A stretch of 64,000 nt of DNA. It comes from Verrucomicrobiota bacterium. Lineage in GTDB: Bacteria; Verrucomicrobiota; Verrucomicrobiia; Limisphaerales; AAA164-E04. Below are positions 18,291 to 28,581 of this stretch, in pieces. The stretch's first letter is position 1. Each line of letters begins with the position of its first letter. The notes beneath the pieces are model-generated. The model did not search any database, was not told where the DNA came from, and saw only the letters and a list, made by a program, of their open reading frames with translations. A program made the translations under genes and the position numbers. Location: the NCBI GenBank assembly GCA_047947115.1, contig CP170459.1, forward strand, positions 5,056,001-5,120,000, written 5' to 3'.

Positions 18291-18829
18291 GGAATGGGCA
18301 CTTTTAATTGAGTGGCTTTTTTAAACGGCACTTGATGTTCCTGGTCATCCTTGCTCTTCACTTTGAGATAATCCGAACGAATCTCCAGCAAGGTAAAATC
18401 CTTGCCCAGCAGTTGGCCAGCCTGTGCAGAGGCTCTTTGGCCATCCAAGGTCACAAAGGCTTCCACAACATGTTTGGAACTTTCAAACCATCCTTGATAC
18501 AATACTTCAACCTGCTTCATGGTCGGTTTGGGAGGCGGAGCCGGTTTGGGAGGCGGTTTGAAATAATCCGTATAAAACGGATTCTTTCCACCGGACATCA
18601 CCTCAGCCACAAGGTTCCGTCCCAAATCCGGACGCTCCAGCAAAGGACGAAAAAGAGGCTCTGCTTCCCTGGCTTCCTCAGACCGAATCGGGGGCAAATC
18701 AGGCAGATCCCCTCCAAGTCGCCATCCGGCGAGCAGCGCGATGATCAACCCTGCAATGATTACCAGCAAAGACACCCACCGGTGTCTCGGCCATGCGGCA
18801 ATTGTCGTTTTCGATTCAGGGGGCACCAT
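18287..18829 (-). CDS. Single-pass membrane protein, PilP/GspC-like
   Basis: GGAGG Shine-Dalgarno before ATG 18829. TM segment, NPF motif, Pro-rich linker and a small beta domain (VLYQGWF...GQLLGKDFTLLEI). Overlaps both neighbours. Confidence 0.6.
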   Translation of the reverse strand: MVPPESKTTIAAWPRHRWVSLLVIIAGLIIALLAGWRLGGDLPDLPPIRSEEAREAEPLFRPLLERPDLGRNLVAEVMSGGKNPFYTDYFKPPPKPAPPPKPTMKQVEVLYQGWFESSKHVVEAFVTLDGQRASAQAGQLLGKDFTLLEIRSDYLKVKSKDDQEHQVPFKKATQLKVPIP

Positions 18830-19673
18830 TGCTGTCCTCCATTGGTTTTTGATAAATAAATCCGTTGATGACAAGCTGCAATTCCACCAGGTCGGAAGGC
18901 TGGGCGACGGCTTTCTTGATGAGTATTCCCTCAACAAACAAGGCAGGTTTTTCCCAGTAAGGAACAGGCAACCCGACCGCCTCCGCTTCGGAACCGCGTA
19001 ATGGCAAGGCTCTGAGAAAACGATGCACGGCATCCATTGTCCCCTGCATCCGAATGCGAAATCTGGATGGATGCAACCGATGATGATCCCTCGAAACCAC
19101 TTCGGGATCGACCGCACGGTCCAGTGTCTGAAAATCAAAGATCTGGACCGGTTGGCACTCGATAGCCAGGGTCAAAATATACCGTGAAAAAGCGAGGTCA
19201 GCCCAGAGCAGCCGTGGTTCCGAAATAGTCACGTCATGATGCGGCAACCCGTCATAAACTCCGGCTTCAAGTGTCACTTTTTTAACGCCGGCCTCCCTTC
19301 TGAGTTGTTCTCCAAGGGTCACGAGGGCATTATCAAACTCCACCAGCTGAAAAGGTTGACTAATCTTTGCCTGATCCGTTTCAGAAAGCAGAACCCGACT
19401 GATCAGTTCGGCTTCGGCATCGGTAAACTGCGTGAATTGGGATTCCATATCCGTGGCCATCTGGTTCATGTGCTGTATATCCAATGTTGCGCCAAGTCGG
19501 TTGGTGTTGATGGCTGCTCCCAATCGCTGCCACGCTTCCTCAAGAGGACGGTTCAGCGATTTCACCTTTTGATCGACCGGGATCAGCACCACGAAATACC
19601 CCAAAATGATCAACACCACCCACAACAAAAGTGTGCGCGTATCGGACACCAAAGATTGGAACAAGGCTTTCAT
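18816..19673 (-). CDS. PilO/GspM-like protein (resembles the Amuc_1100 type)
   Basis: N-terminal TM segment, coiled coil, and C-terminal FRIRMQGTMDAVHRFLRAL...LFVEGILI...VELQLVINGF. Operon position. Confidence 0.55.
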   Translation of the reverse strand: MKALFQSLVSDTRTLLLWVVLIILGYFVVLIPVDQKVKSLNRPLEEAWQRLGAAINTNRLGATLDIQHMNQMATDMESQFTQFTDAEAELISRVLLSETDQAKISQPFQLVEFDNALVTLGEQLRREAGVKKVTLEAGVYDGLPHHDVTISEPRLLWADLAFSRYILTLAIECQPVQIFDFQTLDRAVDPEVVSRDHHRLHPSRFRIRMQGTMDAVHRFLRALPLRGSEAEAVGLPVPYWEKPALFVEGILIKKAVAQPSDLVELQLVINGFIYQKPMEDSNGAP

Positions 19674-21502
19674 GGCTGCGAGGTCTCCATTTTCTCGCCT
19701 GCACTCCCCACTTCAGGCTTCAGTTTTCGCCATACAGGCACGATGTTGCGATCGGTTGCGCGCGGATTGGAAACTGATTCGGTCGACAAGCCTTCGTCAT
19801 CCGGAACAGGCAGTTCCAGACTGAAGGCAAAATGCTTTCCGGCAACCACAAGATTCGAATCAACCAGCATGCGTCGCGTATCTCCCGGAAGGATGTCGGC
19901 ATTTTGCAGATACTCTCTCGATTTGAGAAATCCCACAATTTCTTCCAGCTCATTTCGCATGGCTTCGCCGCTGGAATTCAAGACGGTCTCAACAATAAAA
20001 CCACGTTTGAAAGGAATCTGGTTGGTCGGGACTGGGGCAAAGGTATTCGTACTCGACACCGGATTCGTACGCGCCGTCTCGTCTCCCATGTAGTAGGACT
20101 GCTTGTCGGCCAGCAAGACCATCCAGCCTTGGTAATTGGTTCGGATCTCCTGCATCGCCCCAAGCACATCCAGAGTGGCCAGTGTGTGCTGCTCGGCTTC
20201 TATGATTGGACGCAACATTTTGTATTCTTCCTTCAGCCCCTGCAACACAAGAAGACTCTGATCAAATCGTCCTTCAATGGCATCCACAGCTTCGATCAAT
20301 TCCGCCTTGGCTCTCCAAAGCATGGCTTTCTGCACAACGGCCACCCCCATCACCACGATAGCAAGAACACAGCTCAGGAATGCCAAAGAGCGAAGCACCA
20401 GATTGATCTGCTTTTCGTTCCATGAACACTTGACCGCCTCAGGAAGCAAGGAAGGCACATCCATGGCCCGATGATGTACAGCCTGAAACCCACCCCAATG
20501 TTTTCTCTCCTGACTTGTCAGATTTGGCATGGAATCCCCCCACACCTTGGACGTTTGGAGAGGTTCCAATCCCAACACCGATCGGGCTGCCTCCGCCCAG
20601 GCATCCTGCACTTCAGGTGACGCTATCAGCATGACAGGGCAATCAATGGATCGCACCTGGTTTTCCTTGCGCAGGGACACGCGATACTCCTGCCAAGCGC
20701 GCTGAATATCCCTACCCCATTCGGCGGCTATTTTTGGGATGCCGTTGATAGTGCGTTGTAAGGCAACTTCGCTGCCGACCGATGACCCCGGGCCTATCCG
20801 GATGGGACCCGAAGCCCGCCACCCCTGCTCCCGCGCCATACCGTCACCCACAGGAAAAAACGATGTATAGTGAGGATAATGACCATCGAAAAACGCAACT
20901 GCTGTTCCCCCTTCGCAAACCTCGACCAGCATCCACTCTCCCTGTTGGCAGCCATCAGTCCGAATGGATGCAAAAAAAGCATCCATACTTCCGATCACAT
21001 CACAGATAGCGACATCGAAGAGTCCGAAATCACGAATAATCTTTCGGATTTCCGTTTCCTGACAATAGGTGATCCAGTAAGCGGATATGTCGGGCTGACG
21101 GGATGGAATTTCCTCGTAATCTATGACAATCTGGCTCTCACCCAACCCTACCAGACGCTCAGTTTGTTCCTGCAGCCGGTCTTCGAGCTGATCGGATTCG
21201 GAGACCTTGAGGGACATCCACTGGGAGATGGTCGCCTGATGAGGCAACAGGATGATCCACGACTCATCTTTGTGCCGTCCAACAAAGCGCTCCCAATCGG
21301 TCGCGTCCTCGTTGCCGGCACCCGAGTCCGCATCAGAGTCCAGGTCAAAACGATGCGAGTCCCTGAGGATGGGTCCACGAAGCGTCTCTTCAAAAACCAC
21401 CACATGCGCCGAATCGGATTCCGGCGCAAGGACAATCCACCGGCGGTTGCGCCAAATGAGTTGTTTGAGCCCCGTGATCATATGCATCGAGGCCAGGCTC
21501 AC
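19670..21502 (-). CDS. PilM-PilN fusion / GspL-like platform protein
   Basis: Large cytoplasmic actin-like region (WMLVEVCEGGTAVAFF...FFPVGD), PSLLP before a TM segment, coiled coil and periplasmic domain. 4-nt overlaps with both neighbours. Confidence 0.6.
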   Translation of the reverse strand: MSLASMHMITGLKQLIWRNRRWIVLAPESDSAHVVVFEETLRGPILRDSHRFDLDSDADSGAGNEDATDWERFVGRHKDESWIILLPHQATISQWMSLKVSESDQLEDRLQEQTERLVGLGESQIVIDYEEIPSRQPDISAYWITYCQETEIRKIIRDFGLFDVAICDVIGSMDAFFASIRTDGCQQGEWMLVEVCEGGTAVAFFDGHYPHYTSFFPVGDGMAREQGWRASGPIRIGPGSSVGSEVALQRTINGIPKIAAEWGRDIQRAWQEYRVSLRKENQVRSIDCPVMLIASPEVQDAWAEAARSVLGLEPLQTSKVWGDSMPNLTSQERKHWGGFQAVHHRAMDVPSLLPEAVKCSWNEKQINLVLRSLAFLSCVLAIVVMGVAVVQKAMLWRAKAELIEAVDAIEGRFDQSLLVLQGLKEEYKMLRPIIEAEQHTLATLDVLGAMQEIRTNYQGWMVLLADKQSYYMGDETARTNPVSSTNTFAPVPTNQIPFKRGFIVETVLNSSGEAMRNELEEIVGFLKSREYLQNADILPGDTRRMLVDSNLVVAGKHFAFSLELPVPDDEGLSTESVSNPRATDRNIVPVWRKLKPEVGSAGEKMETSQP

Positions 21503-23508
21503 CGAGGCGTATGCAAGGACAAAGGTTCACCTTCGGCGATCTCGTTGAAGCGGAGAAATTCACCGGTTTCGGACAACAAGGTCGCAGTGACGAAGATTAA
21601 CAAATAACGTGGTTTGTCAATTTCAGTGCGACGACGAAATGCGGAACCAATCAGAGGAATCTTACCCAGAATGGGCACCGCTTCCACAAACGTGGATTGC
21701 TCTCTTTCCAGCACCCCACCCATCACGACGGTTTGACCGGATTGAACAATGACACGCGTGGCCAGGGATTGGGTTCGGGATTGAGGGAGACGAATTTCAA
21801 AACTGTTCCCGGAAGCATCTGAAACTGTCGCGAAAGGAACCAGTTCGACGTCCTGATTCACTTCGGGGCTGAGAGCCAGATAGATGGACTGACCGTCCCC
21901 ACCAATGCTGGCGAGCACATCCAGGGTCACTCCGGAAGTGATCTGCTTGGGGCTGCCTTTAGGAACAAGTGAAGAGACTATGTTTCGTTCGTTGATGGTC
22001 TGAGTTATGGTATATTCTTCGTAATAATACTGTACCTTGCCATCAGAAATCGTGGCGGGGAGATTGTTAACCAAGGTCAGCCGGGGCGCGCTCAGTGTCT
22101 GGGTTTCCCCTTCCTGCTCCAGAGCGGTAAGTGTCACACTCAGATTATCACGATCAAGGATATTGGTAAACGTTTCCTGCAATCCAAGCCCAACATTTTC
22201 AGGGCCGAATCCCAGGAAATCTTCAGATGTACGCCCTTCAGAGGCAGGGTTGCGTCCTGTCTCCCAAAGCGCTCCCAACTGAAGGAAAGCCGCTTCTGAA
22301 ACGGTGATGAAACGTGCTTCGATCAATACCTGCTGCAAATGCCGGTCGTACTCCTCAATAATCCGCTCCAACACGTCCAGCTGCTCACGTGTCCCGGTTG
22401 CCAGAATGATGTTGCGCTCATAGTCGATTTCGTGATCAGAACCTTTGAAAAACTTCTTAATGGCGTTTTCAATGGAGGGTGCCCCTCCCGCACCATCGCG
22501 CACAAAAGTCCGGGCTTTTTGAGTCGTGACCGTGGTCACTGTGCCATCTTTGGCGCGGGTTTCCGTCTTGGTCACTTCATCCGCTCCGAAAATTGCCGGC
22601 AGGATGAATCCTTTTCGAAGCCGATAAATGCGTGTTTCTTCAATGGTCTTGGTGGCATCCTTGCCGTCAACAATCCAGATCAGATCATCACCGACCTGAA
22701 ACTGAAGGTCGAAATTACGGGAAACGTAATCCAGAAACTCACCCAGCCTGACGTTGTCGAAATTGATGCTCAGTTTCTGTTTAAAAGCGGCAAGTGAACG
22801 ATCGGCAACGAAATTGATATCTTCTTTGTCCCCGATCTGGAAGATGATGGTTTCCAGATCGACATCATCCATCTTGACGGATATTTCTTTGTCCAGCTCC
22901 CTGGCCATACGTCCTTGCTGACTCTTGAAATCGAACATTTCACTGCGACGGATAATCGTCTTTGTCTTGTTATATGTTTCTGGAACATAAGGTGTGGCTT
23001 CAATCTCCTGAACTGCATCTCGCAAATCCTTGCGGGGAGGCAGTCCTCTGTCGGTCTGTTCGGTGACCAATGATTTCAGGGTTGGACTGAATACAGAATT
23101 CTTGGAGTCGATCTGGCGAATCTTGTCCTCCAATGCCTGGTCCCGTAGGATTTGAGCTTGTTTGGAGACCCACCGATATACACGTTCCACAGAAGGATCC
23201 ATGGGACCGGGGCTGGCGCTTTCCCGGTTATACACTTCTCCAGCCATAACTTCTGCCTCCTCCCAGTGGCCCTTATTGGCCAGTTCAAAGATCTTTTTGA
23301 ACTCCGCATCATAGGTTTTGTTATAAGTCGTGTCCTCAAGCACGATCTCATCCGCATTCGAAGTTGTTCCTGGGTTTTCCTGATTCGGTGATTCGCTTGA
23401 AACCGTGGCAGAAGCCGGTTCCGGGCCCGATTTGGGTTTGGATTTACAACTACTGAGAACCAGAACCGCCAGCAGGACGGAGCTTCCCAGCCAAATAGGA
23501 CGCATCAT
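21499..23508 (-). CDS. Lipoprotein secretin (PilQ/GspD family)
   Basis: Lipobox VLVLSS/C, STN-like domain, one N3-type domain, and core QVLIEARFITV...TLSAPRLTL...SGQTVVMGG...VPILGKIPLIGSAFR...LLIFVTATL. The ORF could extend to 23598. Confidence 0.92.
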   Translation of the reverse strand: MMRPIWLGSSVLLAVLVLSSCKSKPKSGPEPASATVSSESPNQENPGTTSNADEIVLEDTTYNKTYDAEFKKIFELANKGHWEEAEVMAGEVYNRESASPGPMDPSVERVYRWVSKQAQILRDQALEDKIRQIDSKNSVFSPTLKSLVTEQTDRGLPPRKDLRDAVQEIEATPYVPETYNKTKTIIRRSEMFDFKSQQGRMARELDKEISVKMDDVDLETIIFQIGDKEDINFVADRSLAAFKQKLSINFDNVRLGEFLDYVSRNFDLQFQVGDDLIWIVDGKDATKTIEETRIYRLRKGFILPAIFGADEVTKTETRAKDGTVTTVTTQKARTFVRDGAGGAPSIENAIKKFFKGSDHEIDYERNIILATGTREQLDVLERIIEEYDRHLQQVLIEARFITVSEAAFLQLGALWETGRNPASEGRTSEDFLGFGPENVGLGLQETFTNILDRDNLSVTLTALEQEGETQTLSAPRLTLVNNLPATISDGKVQYYYEEYTITQTINERNIVSSLVPKGSPKQITSGVTLDVLASIGGDGQSIYLALSPEVNQDVELVPFATVSDASGNSFEIRLPQSRTQSLATRVIVQSGQTVVMGGVLEREQSTFVEAVPILGKIPLIGSAFRRRTEIDKPRYLLIFVTATLLSETGEFLRFNEIAEGEPLSLHTPR

Positions 23509-23802
23509 AAATCGGGCTAAAACGACACAAATCCTCCTCCCGATGCCGGAGGTTCGCCGGCGAAGCTGGCAATCAAAATGTGTTCGCGTTCGATCCAAAA
23601 CAATTATTCTAATAAGTTGATCCCTGCCACTACCTGGAAAGGATTCGGTCTCCCGGGCAAAGTGTTTCGATGCACAGCAATTGCTCCGTATTCAATACAA
23701 TGGATGCTATCATCCCCAAATTAGCATCTTACAATATGAATCAAATCGCGTGAAAAGCAAATTTGAATTCGACAAGCAAGGGAGGAACGGAGCCCAAACG
23801 AA

Positions 23803-24741
23803 TCAGTGGGTCCGTTTCAGAAGGTATTCTGCAATGGCGTGCAAGGCTTTGGCTTTGCCTCGAAATGGAGCCAGAGACTGGAAGGCATTCTCGGTTAATT
23901 TGGCCGCTATTTTCCGGGATCGATCCAGACCGATCAACGCCGGATAGGTCGCCTTGTGGGATGCCTCATCTTTGCCGGCCGTTTTTCCAAGGTGCTCACT
24001 GGTCTGGGTAACGTCCAGAATGTCATCGATCACTTGAAACGCCAGCCCCACATTGTAACCGAATTCGGACAAAGCCTTCAATTGGACCGGCGTGCAGTTC
24101 GCGCTCATTCCACCCAGGCGAACCGAACACATGAGCAAGGCAGCCGTTTTGCATTCATGAATGTATTTGAGACGCTGCAAAGTGGTTTTCTGGCCTTCAG
24201 CCTCGGCATCCGCCACTTGACCGGCAATCAGTTCCCTTGATCCAGAGGCTTTGACCACCTCCAGAATCGCGTCTTTGAGCGAGTAACGCCTGGTTGGCGC
24301 AAAATCTGCAGCCATCTCAAATGCGTGCGTCAACAACGCATCCCCCGCCAATACGGCAATGGCCTCTCCAAACACCTTGTGATTGGTCGGTTTCCCCCGC
24401 CTCAGATCGTCATTATCCATGGCCGGAAGATCATCATGGATCAATGAATAGGTATGAATGCATTCCACGGCACATGCGGAAGACATGGTTGCCCCCCAAT
24501 CCCCACCGCACGCATCTGCCGCAGCCAAACACAAAGCGGGCCGCATGCGCTTACCTCCAGCAAAAATGGAATAGCGCATGGCGCGGTGGATGGTGGCAGG
24601 CTTCGTGCGGGCACTGGGCAAATAGGCATCCAAAGCACAGTCCACAGCACAACTTGCCCGATCCAAATAACGATTCAGATCGAACAAATCCTCGGACTTG
24701 CTCAATGAACTCACCTGACTTGTGCCTTTCCTGGTTGGCAT
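23803..24741 (-). CDS. ispA: Farnesyl/geranylgeranyl diphosphate synthase
   Basis: GGKRMRP, FARM HTYSLIHDDLPAMDNDDLRRGKPT, KTAAL, SARM FQVIDDILD, GKTAGKD. Confidence 0.95.
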   Translation of the reverse strand: MPTRKGTSQVSSLSKSEDLFDLNRYLDRASCAVDCALDAYLPSARTKPATIHRAMRYSIFAGGKRMRPALCLAAADACGGDWGATMSSACAVECIHTYSLIHDDLPAMDNDDLRRGKPTNHKVFGEAIAVLAGDALLTHAFEMAADFAPTRRYSLKDAILEVVKASGSRELIAGQVADAEAEGQKTTLQRLKYIHECKTAALLMCSVRLGGMSANCTPVQLKALSEFGYNVGLAFQVIDDILDVTQTSEHLGKTAGKDEASHKATYPALIGLDRSRKIAAKLTENAFQSLAPFRGKAKALHAIAEYLLKRTH

Positions 24742-24983
24742 GTGGGATTAAGTAAAACTAGGAATGAGCCAACTTCAAGCCTGAAACGCAACTCAAAAAT
24801 TTTGAAGTTGCTACTTATCAGGCGAATGATACGCAAAGTGCCCCTCCAAATGCGATTTCCGGATGATCGCCCGGCTTTGCCTTTCGATAGATTCCAAACA
24901 TCCGGCAGGAACCGGACAGCACGGTCGTACCGGAAAAGTGTTTTGCAAATAGTTGAACGGGAATCTAAGCTCATCAAACAGCT

Positions 24984-25997
24984 ATGCCAAAGCTAGAAAT
25001 CAAAACGCTCTTTTGTGCAATCACCTTGGGTTGTTCACTTTTCATCTACCAATCAGTCCCAGCCCAATCCACAGTCACCCCCCAAGCACCTCCCCCACTC
25101 TGGAGCGAAGTTTCGGGAACGATACAGTTGCAGATTCCATCCACATTCGATGGTTCATTACAACATGCCATCTGGAATCCAGCCAAATCCCCCACGGCAC
25201 CTCGTCCGCTGCTAGTCGCATTGCACAGTTGGTCCGGTGATTTCAAACAATCCAGTGGTGTGGACTACCTTCACGAAGCAAAAGAGCGCGACTGGCATTT
25301 CATTCACCCGGATTTTCGAGGCATGAACAATCGTCCGGCCGCGACCTGCTCCGATCTGGTGGTCAGCGATATCCTTGATTCGGTCACTTATGCACAATCG
25401 ATCGCCCAGGTGGATCCCCGGCGCATCTACCTCGTGGGGGCCTCCGGTGGTGGCATGGCTTCACTCATGCTGGCAGCCAAGGCACCGGACGTCTGGGCGG
25501 CAGTTTCGGCCTGGGTTCCGATTTCAGATTTGAGGCGTTGGCATCACGAGACCGGAACGCGTCATTTGCGCTACAAAGACATGATTGAATCCTCCTGCGG
25601 AGGAGCACCGGGAAAAAACATTTCCGTTGATTTCCAATACTGGAATCGTTCACCCATCACCTTTATGGAAAAAGCCCGAGCGGTTCATCTGGATATCAAC
25701 ACCGGCATCATGGACGGCCACACAGGCAGTGTTCCGGTGGGTCACTCCCTCAGAGCTTTCAATGAATTGGCAGCGCCAAAAAAGCAATTCAGCGAAGAAC
25801 ACATCCGTCAAATGGAAGAAAACAAAACCATCCCAAATGCGTTAAGAACAGCCGTAGAACAAGATCCATCCTACGGCGACAAGCAACCCCTGCTGCGCCG
25901 CAGCTCCGGCAAAGCTAGAATCACGGTGTTTGACGGAACCCACGAAATCATCGTCGAAGCCGCTATGCAATGGCTAGAATCAAAGCAGAAAGAATAA
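24984..25997 (+). CDS. Secreted alpha/beta hydrolase (prolyl oligopeptidase/esterase-like)
   Basis: Signal peptide, PLLVALHSWSG, nucleophile elbow GASGG in VDPRRIYLVGASGGG, late His in FDGTHE. Confidence 0.8.
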   Translation: MPKLEIKTLFCAITLGCSLFIYQSVPAQSTVTPQAPPPLWSEVSGTIQLQIPSTFDGSLQHAIWNPAKSPTAPRPLLVALHSWSGDFKQSSGVDYLHEAKERDWHFIHPDFRGMNNRPAATCSDLVVSDILDSVTYAQSIAQVDPRRIYLVGASGGGMASLMLAAKAPDVWAAVSAWVPISDLRRWHHETGTRHLRYKDMIESSCGGAPGKNISVDFQYWNRSPITFMEKARAVHLDINTGIMDGHTGSVPVGHSLRAFNELAAPKKQFSEEHIRQMEENKTIPNALRTAVEQDPSYGDKQPLLRRSSGKARITVFDGTHEIIVEAAMQWLESKQKE

Positions 25998-26118
25998 CAT
26001 CAGCCGGTAGTGCGTCAGAGAAATAGTTCCACAAATCCGACGCAAGACATTGTGTGAGTTTCAACACTGCGTTATGATACGGGCTACTTGCAGTAAGGAG
26101 CAACCAACAAAAACCAAC

Positions 26119-27141
26119 ATGATTCGACTGAAGGACATAGCCAAAGCGGGAAATGTTTCGGTCATGACCGTATCCAAAGTGATGCGGGATGCACCGGATA
26201 TATCCACTGCCACGAAGGAACGCATACGAAAGTTGGCCGATGACATGGGATACGTCCCGGACGTCACAGCCCGCGGATTGAGGAGCAGGAAGACGCGACT
26301 GCTCGGCCTGGTGATTTCGGCCGCCACCAACCCCATTTATGCGCGAGTCATGATGGCCATCGAGGAACGGGCCCACCGTGCGGGATATGACATCCTGTTT
26401 GCCCATTCCCTGAATGATCCGAAGCGGGAAGCAACCAGTATCAAGCGTTTTCTCGCCAGAAGAGTGGACGGCCTCTTCGTGTCGCCAGTCTATCGTCTCG
26501 AAGGCATGGCCCCCATCTACCAGGAAATCAATAAACACGGGACTCCCTGTGTGGTCCTGGGACACCGGGCTCCTTTTTGCCAAGAGTTTGCCAACGTGGA
26601 GACAGACAGTCTGCACGCCACCATGGAAGCAACCAAGCATTTGATCCGGCTCGGGCATCGGCGTATCGCATTTTTCTCGGGACCACTGGCAGCGCCCTGG
26701 GGGAAAGACCGGCTGGAAGGTTACCGACTTGCGCTGGCAGATGCTCGTATTCCCTGGGATGACCAACTGGTTTTCATGGCGGGAGGCACCATTGAGGAAG
26801 GAGCCAACACCGCAGCCAAAATGTTAACCGAGAATTCAAAGGCAACTGCCATCCAGGCTGTCAATGATCTGGTGGCAATCGGAGCCGCAGGACACTTGAT
26901 TCAGCAGGGCGTCCGTATCCCCCTGGAAATGTCAATCGTCGGATTTGGAAACATCCTGACCAGCGAACATTTCCAAATACCGCTCACCACCGTACGCCAG
27001 CCCAAAATGCGCCAGGGGGAAGCAGCGATGGACCTCATGGAATCCCTGTTACAGGGGGAACCTCCCAAATCGATCGTGATACCGGCGGAACTTGTCGTCC
27101 GATCCAGCACCGCTCCGCCCATGCCATCTAAAGTTGAATAG
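26119..27141 (+). CDS. LacI-family transcriptional regulator
   Basis: HTH IRLKDIAKAGNVSVMTVSKVM, YVPDVTARGL, LGHRRIAF, NDLVAIG, PLTTVRQP, ELVVRSST. Confidence 0.95.
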   Translation: MIRLKDIAKAGNVSVMTVSKVMRDAPDISTATKERIRKLADDMGYVPDVTARGLRSRKTRLLGLVISAATNPIYARVMMAIEERAHRAGYDILFAHSLNDPKREATSIKRFLARRVDGLFVSPVYRLEGMAPIYQEINKHGTPCVVLGHRAPFCQEFANVETDSLHATMEATKHLIRLGHRRIAFFSGPLAAPWGKDRLEGYRLALADARIPWDDQLVFMAGGTIEEGANTAAKMLTENSKATAIQAVNDLVAIGAAGHLIQQGVRIPLEMSIVGFGNILTSEHFQIPLTTVRQPKMRQGEAAMDLMESLLQGEPPKSIVIPAELVVRSSTAPPMPSKVE

Positions 27142-27265
27142 GCGGTTTCGCACGCTTGATTTAACAAGAAATGCCTAAACTGGAGCAAAATTAGTTTGGA
27201 AGAAGATGATCGGGACAAGTTGAATGTGGGCCAGCTTCCACAATGTTGAAACACTGCTTATTGTC

Positions 27266-28561
27266 ATGATGACTCGACTTTCTTTTTCGCTCAGGCAATC
27301 GATCCTCTGCCTCTGCGCCACCTTAGCAACGATTGCCAGCGTCGGCACGTCCTTCGCAAACGATGATTTCCAGGGAGCCACCCACATGATGCCGTTTGAA
27401 GAGGATACGATTGGTTACGGCGAACGTCAGGACACGAGTCTCATTGCCCGTTTACAGGAAGCCATCGACGCCGGGGAGGTCACATTGGACTTCAAGCATG
27501 ATGGTCAGGGATATCTTCTTTCCCTATTGGACCACTTGAATATTCCAACGGAATCACAGTTGCTGGTATTCTCGAAAACCTCCTTCCAACGCCATAAGAT
27601 TTCCCCTTCCACCCCCCGGGCGCTTTTTTTCGATGAAAACACCTATATCGGGTTTGTACAGGGATCCAATCTGCTGGAAATCACCGCAGTGGACAAGGAA
27701 CTCGGCGGCGTCTTCTACACTCTGGAACAGGATCCGGACAAGAAACCCAAATTTGTTAGAACCGACCAGTGTCTCGAATGCCACGCCTCTTCAAAAACCA
27801 TGGGGGTCCCCGGACACCTGGTGAGATCGTTTGAAGTCGATGAAATAGGCATTGTGGATCTGATCACCGGCACCAGCCAAGTCAACCATCGAACGCCCTT
27901 TGAGGATCGCTGGGGAGGCTGGTATGTGACCGGCGGACATGGCAAACAGATTCATCGAGGCAATCTATTTGGAAAAGCAGCGTTCGAGAAACAAAAGGAA
28001 TCTCCCAATTTCCGTGGAAATCTGGAGGATCTGAAAGAATTCTTCAACCCATCCCCCTACCCGCACGGCACCAGCGATATCGTTGCGCTGATGGTTATGG
28101 AACATCAGGGCCACATGCACAACTTCATCACCCGCATGCAGTATGAATCCCAGCTCATGCTCAACGCCTACGGACACCTGAAATATCTCAAACACAAAGT
28201 GGACGCCTTTTTGCGCTATCTTCTTTTTGTGGACGAAGCACCACTTACCGAAAAAGTCGGGGAAACTTCCGCCTACGCCAAGGTGTTCGCCGAAAAAGGT
28301 CCGAAGGATTCCAAAGGCAGATCACTGAGAGATTTCAATCTGGAAACGAGGTTGTTCGAACATCCATGCAGCTTCCTCATCTACAGCGAAGCCTTCCAAT
28401 CCTTGCCGAAAAAGCTGAAAGATGAAATCTACACAAAACTCTGGAAAATCCTGACCGGAGAAAACAATCAGCCCGAATTTGAGAAACTCACCGTGGAATC
28501 ACGCAAAGCCATCTATGGGATTTTGAAGGAAACCCTTTCGGACCTGCCTGACTTCTGGTAG
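27266..28561 (+). CDS. Secreted conserved hypothetical protein with one CxxCH heme-c motif (PVC type)
   Basis: Signal peptide, SQLLVFSKTSFQ, TPRALFF, CLECH, RWGGWYVTG, SDIVALMVMEHQ. Confidence 0.7.
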   Translation: MMTRLSFSLRQSILCLCATLATIASVGTSFANDDFQGATHMMPFEEDTIGYGERQDTSLIARLQEAIDAGEVTLDFKHDGQGYLLSLLDHLNIPTESQLLVFSKTSFQRHKISPSTPRALFFDENTYIGFVQGSNLLEITAVDKELGGVFYTLEQDPDKKPKFVRTDQCLECHASSKTMGVPGHLVRSFEVDEIGIVDLITGTSQVNHRTPFEDRWGGWYVTGGHGKQIHRGNLFGKAAFEKQKESPNFRGNLEDLKEFFNPSPYPHGTSDIVALMVMEHQGHMHNFITRMQYESQLMLNAYGHLKYLKHKVDAFLRYLLFVDEAPLTEKVGETSAYAKVFAEKGPKDSKGRSLRDFNLETRLFEHPCSFLIYSEAFQSLPKKLKDEIYTKLWKILTGENNQPEFEKLTVESRKAIYGILKETLSDLPDFW

Positions 28562-28581
28562 CATATTGCCTGGAGCGCAAC

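Noticed and set aside
17328..26766. Long antisense ORFs (17328..18005, 19236..20093, 20870..21607, 25963..26766)
   Set aside because: They are shadow frames opposite well-supported genes and have no recognisable motifs.
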